Positions 1 through 13,769 are shown, counted from the stretch's first letter. The stretch is 64,000 bases of DNA from Octopus vulgaris (GCA_951406725.2 OX597833.1:54188001-54252000), one strand, 5' to 3'. Program-made: numbers and translations. The notes: a model not told the origin generated them from the letters alone.

Positions 1-327
1 ACAAAAATATATATATACATATATATAAAATCATAAATAAATATAAATATATATGTAAATGAGCTCACAGTTTCACATGTTTGTTTTTCTGTTCATACAG
101 ACATAACATATATATGCAAATATATGCATGAAATATATATACACAAACATGCATAGATATAAAAATGAAGATTTTGTTTTTTTTAAATAGACTTACACAT
201 ATTTTCATATGTTGACTGTTCTTCTGAATTCATTTTTCAAATTTCTTTCCATTAGAGAAAGAAAAAGTTGCTCTCTAACCTAGAAACGAAACTTTTTCTT
301 GGGAATTTACAGAACACCAGCTCAGTA

Positions 328-357
328 GTGTGTGTGTGTGTGTGTGTGTTTGTGTGT

Positions 358-423
<66 letters not shown>

Positions 424-775
424 TTGTGTGCTTGTGTGTGTTTGTGTGTGTGTGTTTGTGTTTGTGTGTGTGAGTGTGTGTGTTTGTGTATTTGTGTGTT
501 TGTGTGTGTGTTTGTGCATATGTATTTGTGCATGTATTTGTGTGTATTTGTGTGTGTGTGCGTGTGTGTGCTTGCATGTAAGTGTGTTTGTGTGTGCGAG
601 TGTGCGTGTTTGTTTTTGTGTTTGCGTGTATGTGAGTGTGGGTGTGTATTTGTGTTTGTGTGTGTGTGTGTGTATTTGTGTTTGTGTGTGTGCATGTCTG
701 TGTGTGTTTGTGTGTGCATGTGTGTGTGTTTGCTTGTGTGTGTGTGTGCATGTAGGTGTGTGCACGTGCGTGCAC
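328..775. repeat. compound (GT)n microsatellite
   Basis: Degenerate GT dinucleotide run; explains the HT/VC-rich ORFs at 252-823. Confidence 0.97.
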
Positions 776-842
776 GCATCAATGCCTTCTCATTCTCATT
801 TTAATTCAAGTGTTAATTTATGACTGGCCACCTGCCTGGTAG

Positions 843-1229
843 CCATGGAAGCACTCCGTCAGTTACGACGATGAGGGTTCCGGTTGATCCGATCAACAGA
901 ACAGCCTGCTCGTGAAATTAACGTGTAAGTGGCTGAGCACTCCACAGACACGTGTACCCTTAACGTAGTTCTCGGGGATATTCAGCGTGACACAGAGAGT
1001 GACAAGGCCGGCCCCTTGAAATACAGGTACAACAGAAACAGGAAGTAAGAGTGAGAGAAAGTTGTGGTGAAAGAGTACAGCAGGGATCACCACCATCCCC
1101 TGCCGGAGCCTCATGGAGCTTTAGGTGTTTTTCGCTCAATAAACACTCACAACGCCCGGTCTGGGAATCGAAACTGCGATCCTACGACTGCGAGTCCGCT
1201 GCCCTAACCACTGGGCCATTGCGCCTCCA
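843..1229 (-). mobile_element. tRNA(Arg)-derived SINE (octopus OR-type-like)
   Basis: Minus-strand head TGGAGGCGCAATGGCCCAGTGGTTAGGGCAGCGGACTCGC...GTTTCGATTCCCAGACC with Pol III A/B boxes; same head near 30988, 32300 and 42541. Confidence 0.85.
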
Positions 1230-1569
1230 CGCCTGGTAGCCAGGTTTTGAAAGAAGGCATTTTGTTCTATCTTTCATCTTTAAGTTTTTTACTTGATCCA
1301 GTCATTAGACTGTGGCCATGCTGGGGCACCGCCTTGAAGAGTTTTTAGTCAAACAAATCAACCCCAGCACCTATCCCTTGTCATACTTCTCCTAGTCCTT
1401 ATTTTATCAGTCTCTTTTGCTTAATTGCTAAGTTATGAGACTTTGCCTTTCATCCTTTTGGGGGTCGATAAATTAAGTACCAGTTACACACAGGGGTCGA
1501 TGTAATCAACTTAATCCCTTTGTCTATCCCTTCTATGTTTAGCCCCTTTTGGGCAATAAAGAGATAAGA

Positions 1570-1716
1570 AGCTTGCTTCCCAACCACATGGTTCTGGGTT
1601 CAGTCCCACTGCATGGCACCTTGAACAAGTGTCTTCTACTCTAGCCTCAGGTCGACCAAAGCCTTGTGAGTGGATTTGGTCGACGGAAGCTGAAAGAAGC
1701 CCATCGTATATATGTA

Positions 1717-1764
<48 letters not shown>

Positions 1765-1980
1765 TGTGTCTGTGTTTGTCCCCCCATCAACACTTGGCAA
1801 CCGATGCGGGTGTGTTTACATACCCTGTAATTTGGCAGTTTCGGCAATAAGAGACCGACAGAATAAGTACTAGGCTTATTACAAAGAATAAGTCCTGAGG
1901 AGTCGATTCGTTCGACTAAAGGTGGTGCTCCAGCATGGCCGCAGTCAAATGACTGAAACATGTAAAAGAAATAAAAGAAC
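1570..1980 (+). mobile_element. major tRNA-headed SINE family A, 5'-truncated copy
   Basis: Family A body GCACCTTG..CAAGTGTCTTCTACT...GTGAGTGGATTTGG, internal GT microsatellite, tail ...GCAGTCAAATGACTGAAAC. Confidence 0.9.
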
Positions 1981-2161
1981 AAGTTACTCATTCTCTACAA
2001 ACAATAACTATATTTTCTCTGAAAGTCGTTGAAGGCAAAATTAATTGAGATCAGTTTTGTTTTTAAATTTTATCAGCTAATGTTGATTAAAGGTTTATTT
2101 AAGCAAAATCTTTTGCAATTACTGCTTAATGCTTGTTTAAGAATGTTTATTTTTCTGCAGC

Positions 2162-2302
<141 letters not shown>

Positions 2303-2329
2303 AACCGATAAATTGACTGCTGCTAATTA

Positions 2330-2690
2330 TTAGCTGCAGGCTGGTTTTTCGATTATCAGCGCGCCAAAAGTAGAGGCATTTGAAAAATACATCCGAACGT
2401 AATAGGTTGTACTTTTTGCATGCGGGACTCCGGTACCGTTTTTCATCTAGTACAGCATATTATGCTCATAACAAACTACGCTGACGAAGCTACAGATATC
2501 CTTGTGATATTAATAGCTGAAACTGTACGGTACGTAGGTGATTATTCCATTTCGTATATTTCTTTTGTCTTATCCATTGCTTTAGGTCGTGCTGAATTTT
2601 ATTTTTATTTGAGAACAAAATCTTTGTGGAAAATGGCGATTTGACGTCTATATCTAGCATGTTGACTGTCCACCTTTTCGTGTTCAGTCC
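2330..2690 (+). promoter_or_regulatory. CpG-retaining unique segment; possible promoter/first exon with YY1-like and CRE-like motifs
   Basis: Higher CpG content than surroundings; AAAATGGCG (~2630) next to TGACGTC (~2642); candidate donor CG|GTACGT after 2529. Confidence 0.3.
2420..2529 (+). CDS. putative exon ([37 protein letters not shown]), unknown protein
   Basis: Open frame ending at a phase-2 donor CG|GTACGT, compatible with the candidate exon at 9966; no homology recognised. Confidence 0.2.
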
Positions 2691-2700
2691 TTAATTGGTG

Positions 2701-2772
<72 letters not shown>

Positions 2773-3194
2773 TATATATATATATATGCATATCCTTAGA
2801 TTAAACAACAGTTGTATGATAAAATGATATTATTGTAATTGTATGATAATTATTATTTTAACAAGATTTTGATGGCCTGCAATCTGTGATTAAAGAATAA
2901 TTTTTCTAAAGTTCCATGCATAAAATTATTTCCCCTCTCTTTTTCTCTGTATTTCCAAATTCATACCGTACCTGGTTATGCATAGACACACACACACGTA
3001 TATATACATATATATATATTCAAAAATGTATTGTATTAAATATCCATCATGTTTGGTCTTAACAATCAGTTTCGCGTGATAGATATTTAATATTATACAT
3101 TTTGGATAAGATACCCTCTCTACTGACAGATATACGAGTGCGTCTTTTCCCTGCCTTATGGTCTCTTAGATGACTTGTGAATGTGTATTCTGAG

Positions 3195-3528
3195 ACCCCC
3201 TTCAGTCATGACGCAAACCATGGGATTGAACCTAGAAAGTTACCCTCCCAGGCACAAGTCTGGGCAAGGTTGTTTATGGAAGACCAGCAGTCGCCCATGC
3301 ATACCAGCTACCCCTTTCCATGGCATCAGTGTTATCCAAGGGAAAGGCAAAGGGGCCAATACAGCTTGGTACCTGTGACGTCACAACTCATTTCTACAGC
3401 TGAGTGAACTGAAGCAACGTGAACTGAAGTGTCTTGCTCAAGAACACAACATGCAGCCCGGTATGGGATTTGAGCTCACAACCTCATGATTGTAAACTCG
3501 ATGCTCTAACCACTGAGCCGTGCACTTT
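3195..3528 (-). mobile_element. tRNA-derived SINE (composite, CORE-like)
   Basis: Minus-strand tRNA-like head (GGCTCAGTGGTTAGAGCATCGAG...) followed by TGTGTTCTTGAGCAAGACACTT. Confidence 0.7.
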
Positions 3529-3559
3529 CACATGCGAATGTGTATATATATTATTAATA

Positions 3560-3770
3560 TTTCTAGAGGGTTGGATGGTATTAGCTAAATTAATGTTAGT
3601 ATTAGTAAATGTATTAATATTTAACAGTTTGTTATTATGAGAAGATATAATTTGCAAGAGATTTTTTGTGTTTGAAAAACCTATCCTAACCTTATGTGAA
3701 TTAATTATAGAGTAATATCTAGAATTGTTTGGAAAATTCTCTAGTAAACACGGTTATAGAACGAGCATAC
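3560..3770 (-). mobile_element. Penelope-like element ORF fragment (RT-endonuclease linker)
   Basis: Minus strand reads LENFPNNSRYYSIINSHKVRIGFSNTKNLLQIISSHNNKLLN, resembling the PLE linker pattern FP..H....IFN...VK.SYS...N...IISSHNKK. Confidence 0.65.
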
Positions 3771-4292
3771 AGATGTAAGCATTGGCAGAAACATACTTTT
3801 AGTGCATATAAGTAGTCTCTATCATTATATATAGTTTAAACTTTAATTTCCTTTATATTTAACATTCACTATTAATATCCCTACTCTTTCTGTTAGCTAC
3901 TTATGACGTTATATCATATAACGTTTTTTTAAACAATATTAATAGCGTTCTGTTTATCGCTATACGAATCCATCATTTTTTGCTAAAATGTCGTATTGAC
4001 GAGTTTCGTTTTTTCACTTTCCCGAAGAGAAGATTGCATTGTTTATACCTTTTATTCTTTTGAATAGTATCAGTGGAATTTTCGAAACATATGTAGAAAG
4101 TAAAAATACTTGTTTAAACCTGTGTTAACTCCATTTTTTATTCATATTATTCAAAATATTCAACGTAAACACGAAGTTTCAACCTTTATAAACAAGGAGT
4201 TACAACATCTTTACTTGTGAGATTTTTGCTGCCCTGGTAACTATTTATTTATTTATCCGTGTTAATTGTTAACAAGGTAAAATACACTCATC

Positions 4293-5339
<1,047 letters not shown>

Positions 5340-5639
5340 CATTAGTAATGAAACAATTTGTTCAGGGTCAATCTATTTATTCGTTATATTTCACTTTCCT
5401 TCCGTTAAATGTATGTTACTTCTAGTTGGAAACATCTTTTTTCTGTGGCTATACTATCGGGGCTATTTTTAGCACTAGAGTTATCCACATAGTGGTTAAC
5501 TCTCTAATAATTTATGTATAAATTTGTATTTTCTCCGTAGTTTTTTGTGCTAAGCCACTCGGTGTTAAATTAATGGTATTATTAAATTAATATCAATTTT
5601 TCACCCTCATTTATAAATTTATATATATATATATATATA

Positions 5640-7321
5640 TTGGGTCAATACATAAATAACAATAATCCGGTTATGTCAATTGCATGAACTAAAAGTCGGA
5701 TGGGGATGGGATAAACTACTTGCATCAACTTGCTATAGAAGCAGGTAGTAATTTTATTTTGTACTTATTCTTAGTGCATGCTTTGAAGAGTGCAGTTCAA
5801 TTTTAACAGTTATTTTTTTCAAAGCTACAATGGAAATGACAAAGGGGCATATTCGGCATATTTTGCTTTATGAATTCAATAAAGGCAACAACACAATGGA
5901 AAGTGCAAGGAATTTTAATGCAGTATGCGGTGATTGGACAATAAGCATAAACCTATTTCTTTTCTACCCACCAGAAACACTGGGAGAACAAACAAGGACA
6001 GACAAAGGGATTAAGCCAATTACATCGACCCCAGTGCAAACTGGTACTTAATTTATCGACCCCGAAAGGATGAAAGGCAAAGTCGACCTCGGTGGAATTT
6101 GAACTCAGAACGTAACGGCAGACGAAATACGGCTACGCATAAACCAGCGTCAATGAAGTTTCCAGAAATTCTGAGCTGGAAACTATAGTCTAGAAGGCGA
6201 ACCTCGTCCTGGAAGATCTTTAGAGCTCAACGAGGATGTCCTGCAAACCCTGGTTGGACGAAATCCCATCATAACAGTTGAGGACCTAGCAGAAAAGCTT
6301 AGATTTGGTCATTCAACCCTTCATTGACACCTGCAATGCCATCGGAAATTGGGTCAGCAAATTGGGTCAATGGCTTCCTCACAAACTTTGTACATTTAAT
6401 AGTGCATAGAGAGTGAATGTGTGCTCTTCTTTGCTGTCACATCTCATAAAGGAACCGTTTTTGAACCGAATACTGACTAGTGATGAGAAAAGGGTTCTCT
6501 ATAAAAATATCAAGTGCTGAGGACAGTGGGTAGGGAAAAGAGAATCACAGGCATCTCAGGCTAAAGAAGGTCTTCACCCACATAAGGTGTTGTTATCTGT
6601 TTGGTAGGATATGAAAGGTTTAATCCACTTTGATCTTTTAAACCCAAACCAAACAATAACAAAGTAGGTCTACTGCAAGCAGCTCGAGCAGACTAGAAGG
6701 AAAATTTCTATCTTTGGTTTCAAGACGAAAAGTGTTCTTCCATCAGGATAATGCTCACCAAATACAGTGAGGATGACATTCCAAAGGCTGGAGTAGTTTG
6801 AATAGGAAACGATGACCCACCCACCATATTCACTGGACATTGCCCTATCTGATGTACCATTCATGCTTGATCATTTGATCATTTAGTAATTAGTCGTGTG
6901 TAAGCATGGAGTGAGATCAAGGGGTCAGGAAAAAACAGGTTTGGTTTTTTCACTTTGTAATCCAGCTTGTCTCATATCTTACGACTTATCTTTTGGATGT
7001 TTCTATTTTTGGACTGTGGCCATGCTGGGGCACTGCTTTGAAGAGTATTATTCAAACAAACTGATCCCAGGGCTTACTTCCATTTTAAGCCTAGTTCTGC
7101 AGTCTTCAAAATCATTTGGATAGAAAAAAATATGAATTCTGTAGATGAGGTCAGAACAGTACTGGAGGAGTATTTTTTGTCACAGACAAGTGAATTTTGG
7201 AAGAGCGGCCTAGAATTGTAGAAAATAAAGGAGAGCATATTTTAGATTAAAAAAAAACTTTATCTTAATTTTGAAAAATAAAAGAAGTTTGCAAAACCAC
7301 GTTATTTATGGGATGATGCAA
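5640..7321 (+). mobile_element. degenerate mariner (DD34D) transposon carrying two insertions
   Basis: MEMTKGHIRHILLYEF N-terminus; GQWLPHKL (WVPHEL-like), RILTSDEK, HQDNA and HPPYSLDIALSD motifs; imperfect TIRs TTGGGTCAATACATAAATAAC vs revcomp TTGCATCATCCCATAAATAAC in TA context. Confidence 0.9.
5950..6140 (-). mobile_element. Meta-domain SINE fragment inserted in the mariner
   Basis: Reverse complement of GCCTTTCATCCTTTCGGGGTCGATAAATTAAGTACC (Meta-like core). Confidence 0.85.
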
Positions 7322-8061
7322 TATATACGTTTAGGTACAGACATGGCTGGGTTGGAGGCAAATTTATTCTCAACTCTGCACTGGGATTGAACCCGAGACC
7401 CCATGACTGAGAAGCAAGCCTCTTTACCACACAACCACTCCTGCACCTATGAAAGTTTGAGTTTTTATAAATATATGTATGTACAATCACAGATAACTAA
7501 AAAGGGGGAAAAAAAATGTGAGAGATAGCGAGGAACAGAAGGATTAGGAAATAGAATACTTATATAAACATCCATTTTGAGTTCAAGAGCAGACATAAAA
7601 AAAAACATAAATATCAAAAAAAAAAAATAAAAAAAAATAAACCTGACTCAGCCTGCAAAATAAAAAAAAAAATGTAGTCAATGACAACTGCAAGATAACT
7701 AATTAAAATTTTAAGTCATTTATCATACAACCCCCACCCCCATTGGAATCGAGGCTGACCTTACGTCTTGCAGTTTTCGCCACAAATTTCTGTTTATGTA
7801 TGTTTTTCTTTCTTTTTTTAGGTTTTTTTTTTTTGATTTTCATTATGTGCCTTTTACGTCATCTTCAGTCACAAGAAATGTTCTTATTTACCGTTTCCTG
7901 TCTTTGGTTTTGATTACTGTTTCTCCTCTTTCATTAAGACGTCCAAATGATTTCTCTCTGAACTTTATAAATTTCGTTATTCATGTGGATATTCATTTGT
8001 TTAACAAATATATCTCTATTTATTTATTTAGCCCAGTTTAATTATTTACATATTTACGTAT

Positions 8062-8651
8062 ACTCTCTTTACCCTCTTTTACTTGTTTCAGTCATTTGAC
8101 TGCGGCTATGCTGGAGCACTGCCTTTAGTCGAGCAAATCGACCCCGGGACTTATTCTTTGTAAGCCCAGTACTTATTCTATCGGTCTCTTTTTTGCCGAA
8201 CCGCAAAACACACCATCGGTTGTCAAGAAATGCTAGGGGGACAAACACACACACACAAACACACACACACATATATACATATATATACATATATACGACA
8301 GGCTTCTTTCAGTTTCCATCTACCAAATCCACTCACAAGGCATTGGTCGGCCCGGGGCTATAGCAGAAGCCCAGTACTTATTCTATCGGTCTCATTTTTG
8401 CCGAACCGCAAAACACACCACCATCGGTTGTCAAGCAATGCTAGGGGGACAAACACACACACACATATATATATATATACATATATATGACGGGCTTCTT
8501 TCAGTTTCCGTCTACCAAATCCACTCACAAGGCATTGGTCGGCCCGGGGCTATAGCAGAAGACACTTGCTCAAGGTGTCACGCAGTGGAACTGAACCTGG
8601 AACCATGTGGTTGGTAATCAAGCTACTTACCACACGGCCACTCCTGCACCT
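8062..8651 (-). mobile_element. SINE family A with internal tandem duplication
   Basis: Segment AGCCCAGTACTTATTC...GGCTATAGCAGAAG occurs twice; head at ~8651. Confidence 0.9.
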
Positions 8652-8928
8652 ATTTGTTTAACAAATATCTCTATTTATTTATTCAGCCAATTTAATTATT
8701 TACATATTTACGTATCTAGTTTTTTTCTTTCAACTTATTTCCTTAACCCTTTCGTTACTGTATTTCTGTTGAGATGCTCTGTGTTTCTTTCAATTAACTT
8801 AAAATATAACAAAGAATTTAGTAAAATAACTTAGTTAATACAGTTCTGTAGTTAAGAGATGAAGAATTATGTACATTATTTATATTATTATCATTTGACG
8901 GATATTTGTCCTCATCTTGTTTGTTGTT

Positions 8929-8973
8929 AACACAACGTTTCGGCTGATATACCCTTAGTCTTCATCAGGTTTT
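8929..8973 (-). ncRNA. minimal hammerhead-ribozyme-like motif (degenerate)
   Basis: Minus strand AAAAC-CTGATGA-AGACTAAGGGTATATCAGCC-GAAAC-GTT-GTGTT; canonical core, weakened stems. Confidence 0.5.
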
Positions 8974-9036
8974 TGGGGAGATTTTGAACCTGGATTCTCA
9001 TTCTTAAGGTATTTTTCGATGTTATCATTATTATTA

Positions 9037-9485
9037 TTGAGTGAGAGAGCAGTGTATGCCATCAAAGTGACACTGGGATAAAATATACGAAGCCCAGTAT
9101 ACCCATCATGACTACCCGTCTGATAAGGGTACCCCAGGCACACGCATCACAACCATACGTGCGCGACATGGTGATCTCATATCAAGATAAACAGCACATG
9201 ACCTTGCAGATGGGGCCCAATTAGAAGTTTCTTCAGCTCGAGTAGCCCATCCTGCTCAAAAGGTCCCTGAATAAGGGTTGTTTAAGGATGTTGAACGAGA
9301 CACCCATGTTTCCAGAGGCGAATTATTCAAACCCCAAAGAATCCCTCTCAACACATGGCTATGATGCTCCCCCACTACTTCTGCTCTTGATCAGAGATGC
9401 ACATATCATCAGCCACTAAGGGATATGCTCAACTGGTTAAGGTCAAACAACTGACAAGCAAATCTGTGGTATTGAGCAGATATTA
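9037..9485. mobile_element. (ATT)n-associated interspersed repeat, copy 1 (truncated)
   Basis: Highly similar to 12531-12980; flanked by ATT repeats on both sides. Confidence 0.85.
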
Positions 9486-9965
9486 TTATTATCATTATTA
9501 TTATTATTATTATTCAGGTCATTGCCTGGAATTGAACTCAGAATCTTGGGGTTAGTAGCCCACGCTCTTAACCACTACACCATATGAGGACAAATATCCG
9601 TCAAATGTAAATAATGTAAATAATAACTTAGTTGTCATTAAGCTAGTGTTAGGAACATAAATTATGACTAAGGTTTGGTAGAAGATTTTAATTCAGAGCT
9701 TTTGAAAACAAAGACATTTGTACTACAGAGCCAGAGACAGTTTCAACCATGATGGTATCAAAAGGATTAATGTTTTTTTTTTAATTTTCAAGCATTTTTT
9801 TTTAGTTATCTATTCATTTTATTCATTTATTCATACATTTATTATTACTATTTTTTTTTTTTTGCCTTTCATCGGTACCACTTCAGATTCCTGAAAATTG
9901 CTCATTTTTTAAAACTAAGTTCGTTACTGTTGTTGTTGTTGTCGTCGACGGCATTATCACTCCAG

Positions 9966-10008
9966 ACAGCTTGAGGTTAAGCAGACTAATGATACGGATG
10001 CGATTGAT
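9966..10008 (+). CDS. putative micro-exon (QLEVKQTNDTDAID)
   Basis: TCACTCCAG acceptor, GAT|GTGAGT donor, open in phase 2 to 0. Confidence 0.3.
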
Positions 10009-10029
10009 GTGAGTGAATGTCCGGCTCTC

Positions 10030-10541
10030 CACATCAACACCACCAACACCGCCATCTCCTCCACACCCGCCTTCACCTTCATCACCACCACCACCACCAC
10101 AACCACCACCACCTCCACCACCACACCACCACCACCTCCACCAACACCACCACCAACAACACCACTGCCACCACCTCCACCACCACCTCCACCACCGCCA
10201 TCACCACCACCACCACCCCCTTCATCCCCCACCGCCACCAGCGCCGCCACCGCCACCACCACCATCATCATCACCACCACCACCACCACCACCACCACCA
10301 CCACCACCACCACCCACCACCACCACCACCACCACCACCACACCACCATCACCACCACCACCCACCACCACAACCACTTCCACCACCACCTCCACCACCA
10401 CCTCCACCACCACCACCACCACCACCACCACCACCACCACCACTTCCACCACCACCACAACCACCTCCACCACCACTACCACCACACACCACCACCACCA
10501 CCACCACCACCACCACCACCACCACCACCACCACCACCACC
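10030..10541. repeat. (CCA)n compound microsatellite
   Basis: Source of the poly-P/T/H/W/V/G ORFs. Confidence 0.96.
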
Positions 10542-10945
10542 CAGGCTTGATCATTTGATCATTTAGTAATTAGTCTGGTGTAAGCATGGAGTGAGATCAA
10601 GGGGTCAGGAAAAAACAGGTTTGGTTTTTGCACTTTGTAATCCGGGGTTTGTCTCATATCTTACGACTTATCTTTTGGATGTTTCTGGTTTTTAGGACTG
10701 TGGTCATGCTGGGGCACTGCTTTGAAGAGTATTACTCAAACGAACTGATCCCAGGGCTTACTTCCATTTTAAGCCTAGTACTTATTCAATTGTTATCTTT
10801 TGCTGGCCCAATAATTTATGGGAATGCAAACAAACCAACACTGGTTGACAAGCAGTGACGAGGGAACAAACACAAACACAAAGAACACACACACATACAT
10901 TCATACATACATATACATACATACATACTTACATACATATATACA

Positions 10946-11021
<76 letters not shown>

Positions 11022-11025
<4 letters not shown>

Positions 11026-11273
11026 CGTAGGAGTGGCTATGTGGTAAGTAGCTTGCTTACCAATCACATGGTTCCGGGGTCAGTCTCACACTGTGGCACC
11101 TTGGGCAAGTGTCTTCTACTATAGCCTCAGGCCAACCAAAGCCTTGTGAGTGGATTTGGTAGACAGAAACTGAAAGAAGCTTGTCGTATATATGCATATA
11201 TATATGTATGTATGTGTGTGTATATGTTTGTGTGTCTGTGTTTGTTATCATTATTATTATTATTATTATAATC

Positions 11274-11305
<32 letters not shown>

Positions 11306-11420
11306 TATTATTGTTATTATTATTATCATTATTATCATTATCATTGAGAATAAGAACTAAAGGTGGCGCTCCAGCATGGCCACAGTCAAATGAGTGAAAC
11401 AAGTAAAAGAGTAAAGAGTA
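11022..11420 (+). mobile_element. SINE family A, interrupted by (ATT)n
   Basis: Family head and tail present; middle replaced by an ATT run. Confidence 0.88.
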
Positions 11421-11953
11421 TATATACAACAGGCTTCTTTCAGTTTCTCTCCACCAAATCCACTCACAAGGCTTTGGTTGGCCTGAGGTTATAATAGAAG
11501 ACACTTATCTATTAGTCATTTTTGCCAGACTAATCCAGACGAGGTCAACTTTTGCCTTCTCATCTTTCCTCAGTCATTAAACTAAAGTACCAATCAAGTA
11601 CCGGAATTGATGTAATTGACTAACCCTGCAACCTTCCCTCAAAAAAAAAAAAAAAAAATACACGCCTTTGTACCTAATTCAAAAGAGAAACATTACTTTT
11701 GTTTTCCCCCTTTTGCTCCCTGTTATTAGATACAGGCTTGGACAAAATGCCTTGCAAGGTTTACATTCTGAGTTCAAACTCCGACAAGGTCAGCTTTGCT
11801 TCTCATCTTTCCAGTGGTGGTGGTGGTGGTGGTCAATATAATAAAACAAAAACATAATACCAGTCGTGTGTGTAGGACAGGAGGGGGAGGCATTTCAGTC
11901 GATGAGCTCCTCCCCCTACATTTGTGACACTGCTGTGTCTATGATGGAAATTA

Positions 11954-11993
<40 letters not shown>

Positions 11994-12049
11994 GACTTTT
12001 GTTGTTACTATCATCATCATGATCGTTGTAAAAAAAACACCCGCAGCAG

Positions 12050-12359
12050 CAGCACCACCACCACCACAGTCATCATTATCACCACCACCAGCACCATCAT
12101 CATCATCATCACCACCACCACCACCACCACCATAGTCATCAACATCATCATCATCACCACCACCACAGTCATCGTCGTCGTCGTCGTCATCATCATCATA
12201 ATCATCATCATCATCATGATAACGATGACGACGACCACCACCACCATCATCATCATCACCATCACTACCACCACCACCACCACCACCACCGAAGCCCTCA
12301 CCACCATCATCATCATCATCATCGACCCTTAGTGGTTAATAAAGACAAGATTATTATTA

Positions 12360-12447
<88 letters not shown>

Positions 12448-12530
12448 CATTATTATTATTATTATTATAATCATTATTATTATTATCATTATTATTATTG
12501 TTATTATTATTATCATTATTATCATTATCA
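12050..12530. repeat. (CCA/CAT)n followed by (ATT)n microsatellites
   Basis: Direct trinucleotide runs. Confidence 0.95.
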
Positions 12531-13088
12531 TTGAGTGAGAGAGCAGTTCATGCCATCAAAGTGATACTGGGGTAAAATATACGAAGCCCAATATACCCAT
12601 CATGACTACCCGTCTGATAAGGGTACACCAGGCACATGCATCACAACCATATGTGCGCGACATGGTGATCTCATATCAAGATAAACAGCACATGACCTTG
12701 CAGTTGGGGCCCAGTTAGAATTTTCTTCAGGTTGAGTAGCCCATCCAGCTCAAAAGGTCCCTGAATAAGGGTTGTTTAAGGATGTTGAAAGAACCACCCA
12801 TGTTTCCAGAGGTGAATTATTCAAACCCCAAAGAATCCCTCTCAACACATGGCTATGATGCTCCCCCACTACTTCTGCTCGTGATCAGAGATGCACATAT
12901 CGTCAGCCACTAAGGGACATGCTCAACTGGTTAAGGTCAAACAACTGACAAGCAAATCTGTGGTATTGAGCAGAATATTTGCTATAGCCCATCTTTTATA
13001 CCAAGACAAAACAATGTACATGATAACACTTCCAATCAGTTAAGATCAGAAGCCATGAGAGCCACTGCCTGGTACTGCATCAGGGCAT
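12531..13088. mobile_element. (ATT)n-associated interspersed repeat, copy 2 (longer, ~560 bp)
   Basis: TTGAGTGAGAGAGCAG...CTGCATCAGGGC bounded by (ATT)n on both sides; homologous to 9037-9485. Confidence 0.85.
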
Positions 13089-13114
13089 TATTATTATTAT
13101 TATCATTATTATTA

Positions 13115-13151
<37 letters not shown>

Positions 13152-13205
13152 TATTATTATTATTATATTATTATTATTATCATTATTATTATTATTATTA
13201 TAATC

Positions 13206-13237
<32 letters not shown>

Positions 13238-13284
13238 TATTTTTGTTATTATTATTATCATTATTATCATTATTATTATTATTA

Positions 13285-13321
<37 letters not shown>

Positions 13322-13326
13322 CATCA

Positions 13327-13357
<31 letters not shown>

Positions 13358-13424
13358 TATTATTATCATCATCATTATCATTATTATTATTATCATTATT
13401 ATTATCATTATTATTATCATTATT

Positions 13425-13474
<50 letters not shown>

Positions 13475-13575
13475 TATTATTATTATCATCATTATTATTA
13501 TTATCATTATTATTATTATTATTATTACTATTACTATTACTACTACTCTCATCATTGCTATTGTTATTGTTATTA
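13088..13575. repeat. (ATT/ATC)n microsatellite
   Basis: Direct run. Confidence 0.96.
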
Positions 13576-13635
13576 ATTTCATATTTATATTAATCGTTAT
13601 TGCTATGAATTGCCCGTCATCGTTTTTAAAAACAG

Positions 13636-13714
13636 CAACGACAACATCCCATGTCAGTGTGGGAAAAATCTTTCCGAGTTTCAGAAACCGAAAGTCAAAT
13701 GTCATTCTTGTATG
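13636..13714 (+). CDS. putative exon, frame uncertain
   Basis: TTTTTAAAAACAG acceptor, ATG|GTAACA donor; open in all three frames (QRQHPMSVWEKSFRVSETESQMSFLY, or Cys-rich NDNIPCQCGKNLSEFQKPKVKCHSCM). Confidence 0.3.
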
Positions 13715-13769
13715 GTAACATAAATCACAATAGTTGATAAAGAGTTTTCCTAGAATTCGGTGACGTAGG

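Larger units (their letters stand above)
8747..9766. mobile_element. piggyBac-type MITE (TTAA-flanked) interrupted by nested insertions
   Basis: TTAA|CCCTTTCGTTAC ... GTATCAAAAGGA|TTAA; internal insertion bounded by the 12-bp duplication AATAACTTAGTT (8825-8836, 9622-9633). Confidence 0.7.

Noticed and set aside
252-823. Overlapping 146-176-aa ORFs (HT- or VC-rich)
   Set aside because: Translation of a (GT)n microsatellite, open in many frames on both strands
9957-10566. Poly-Pro/His/Thr ORFs resembling extensin or formin
   Set aside because: (CCA)n repeat, open in nearly all frames, no unique domain
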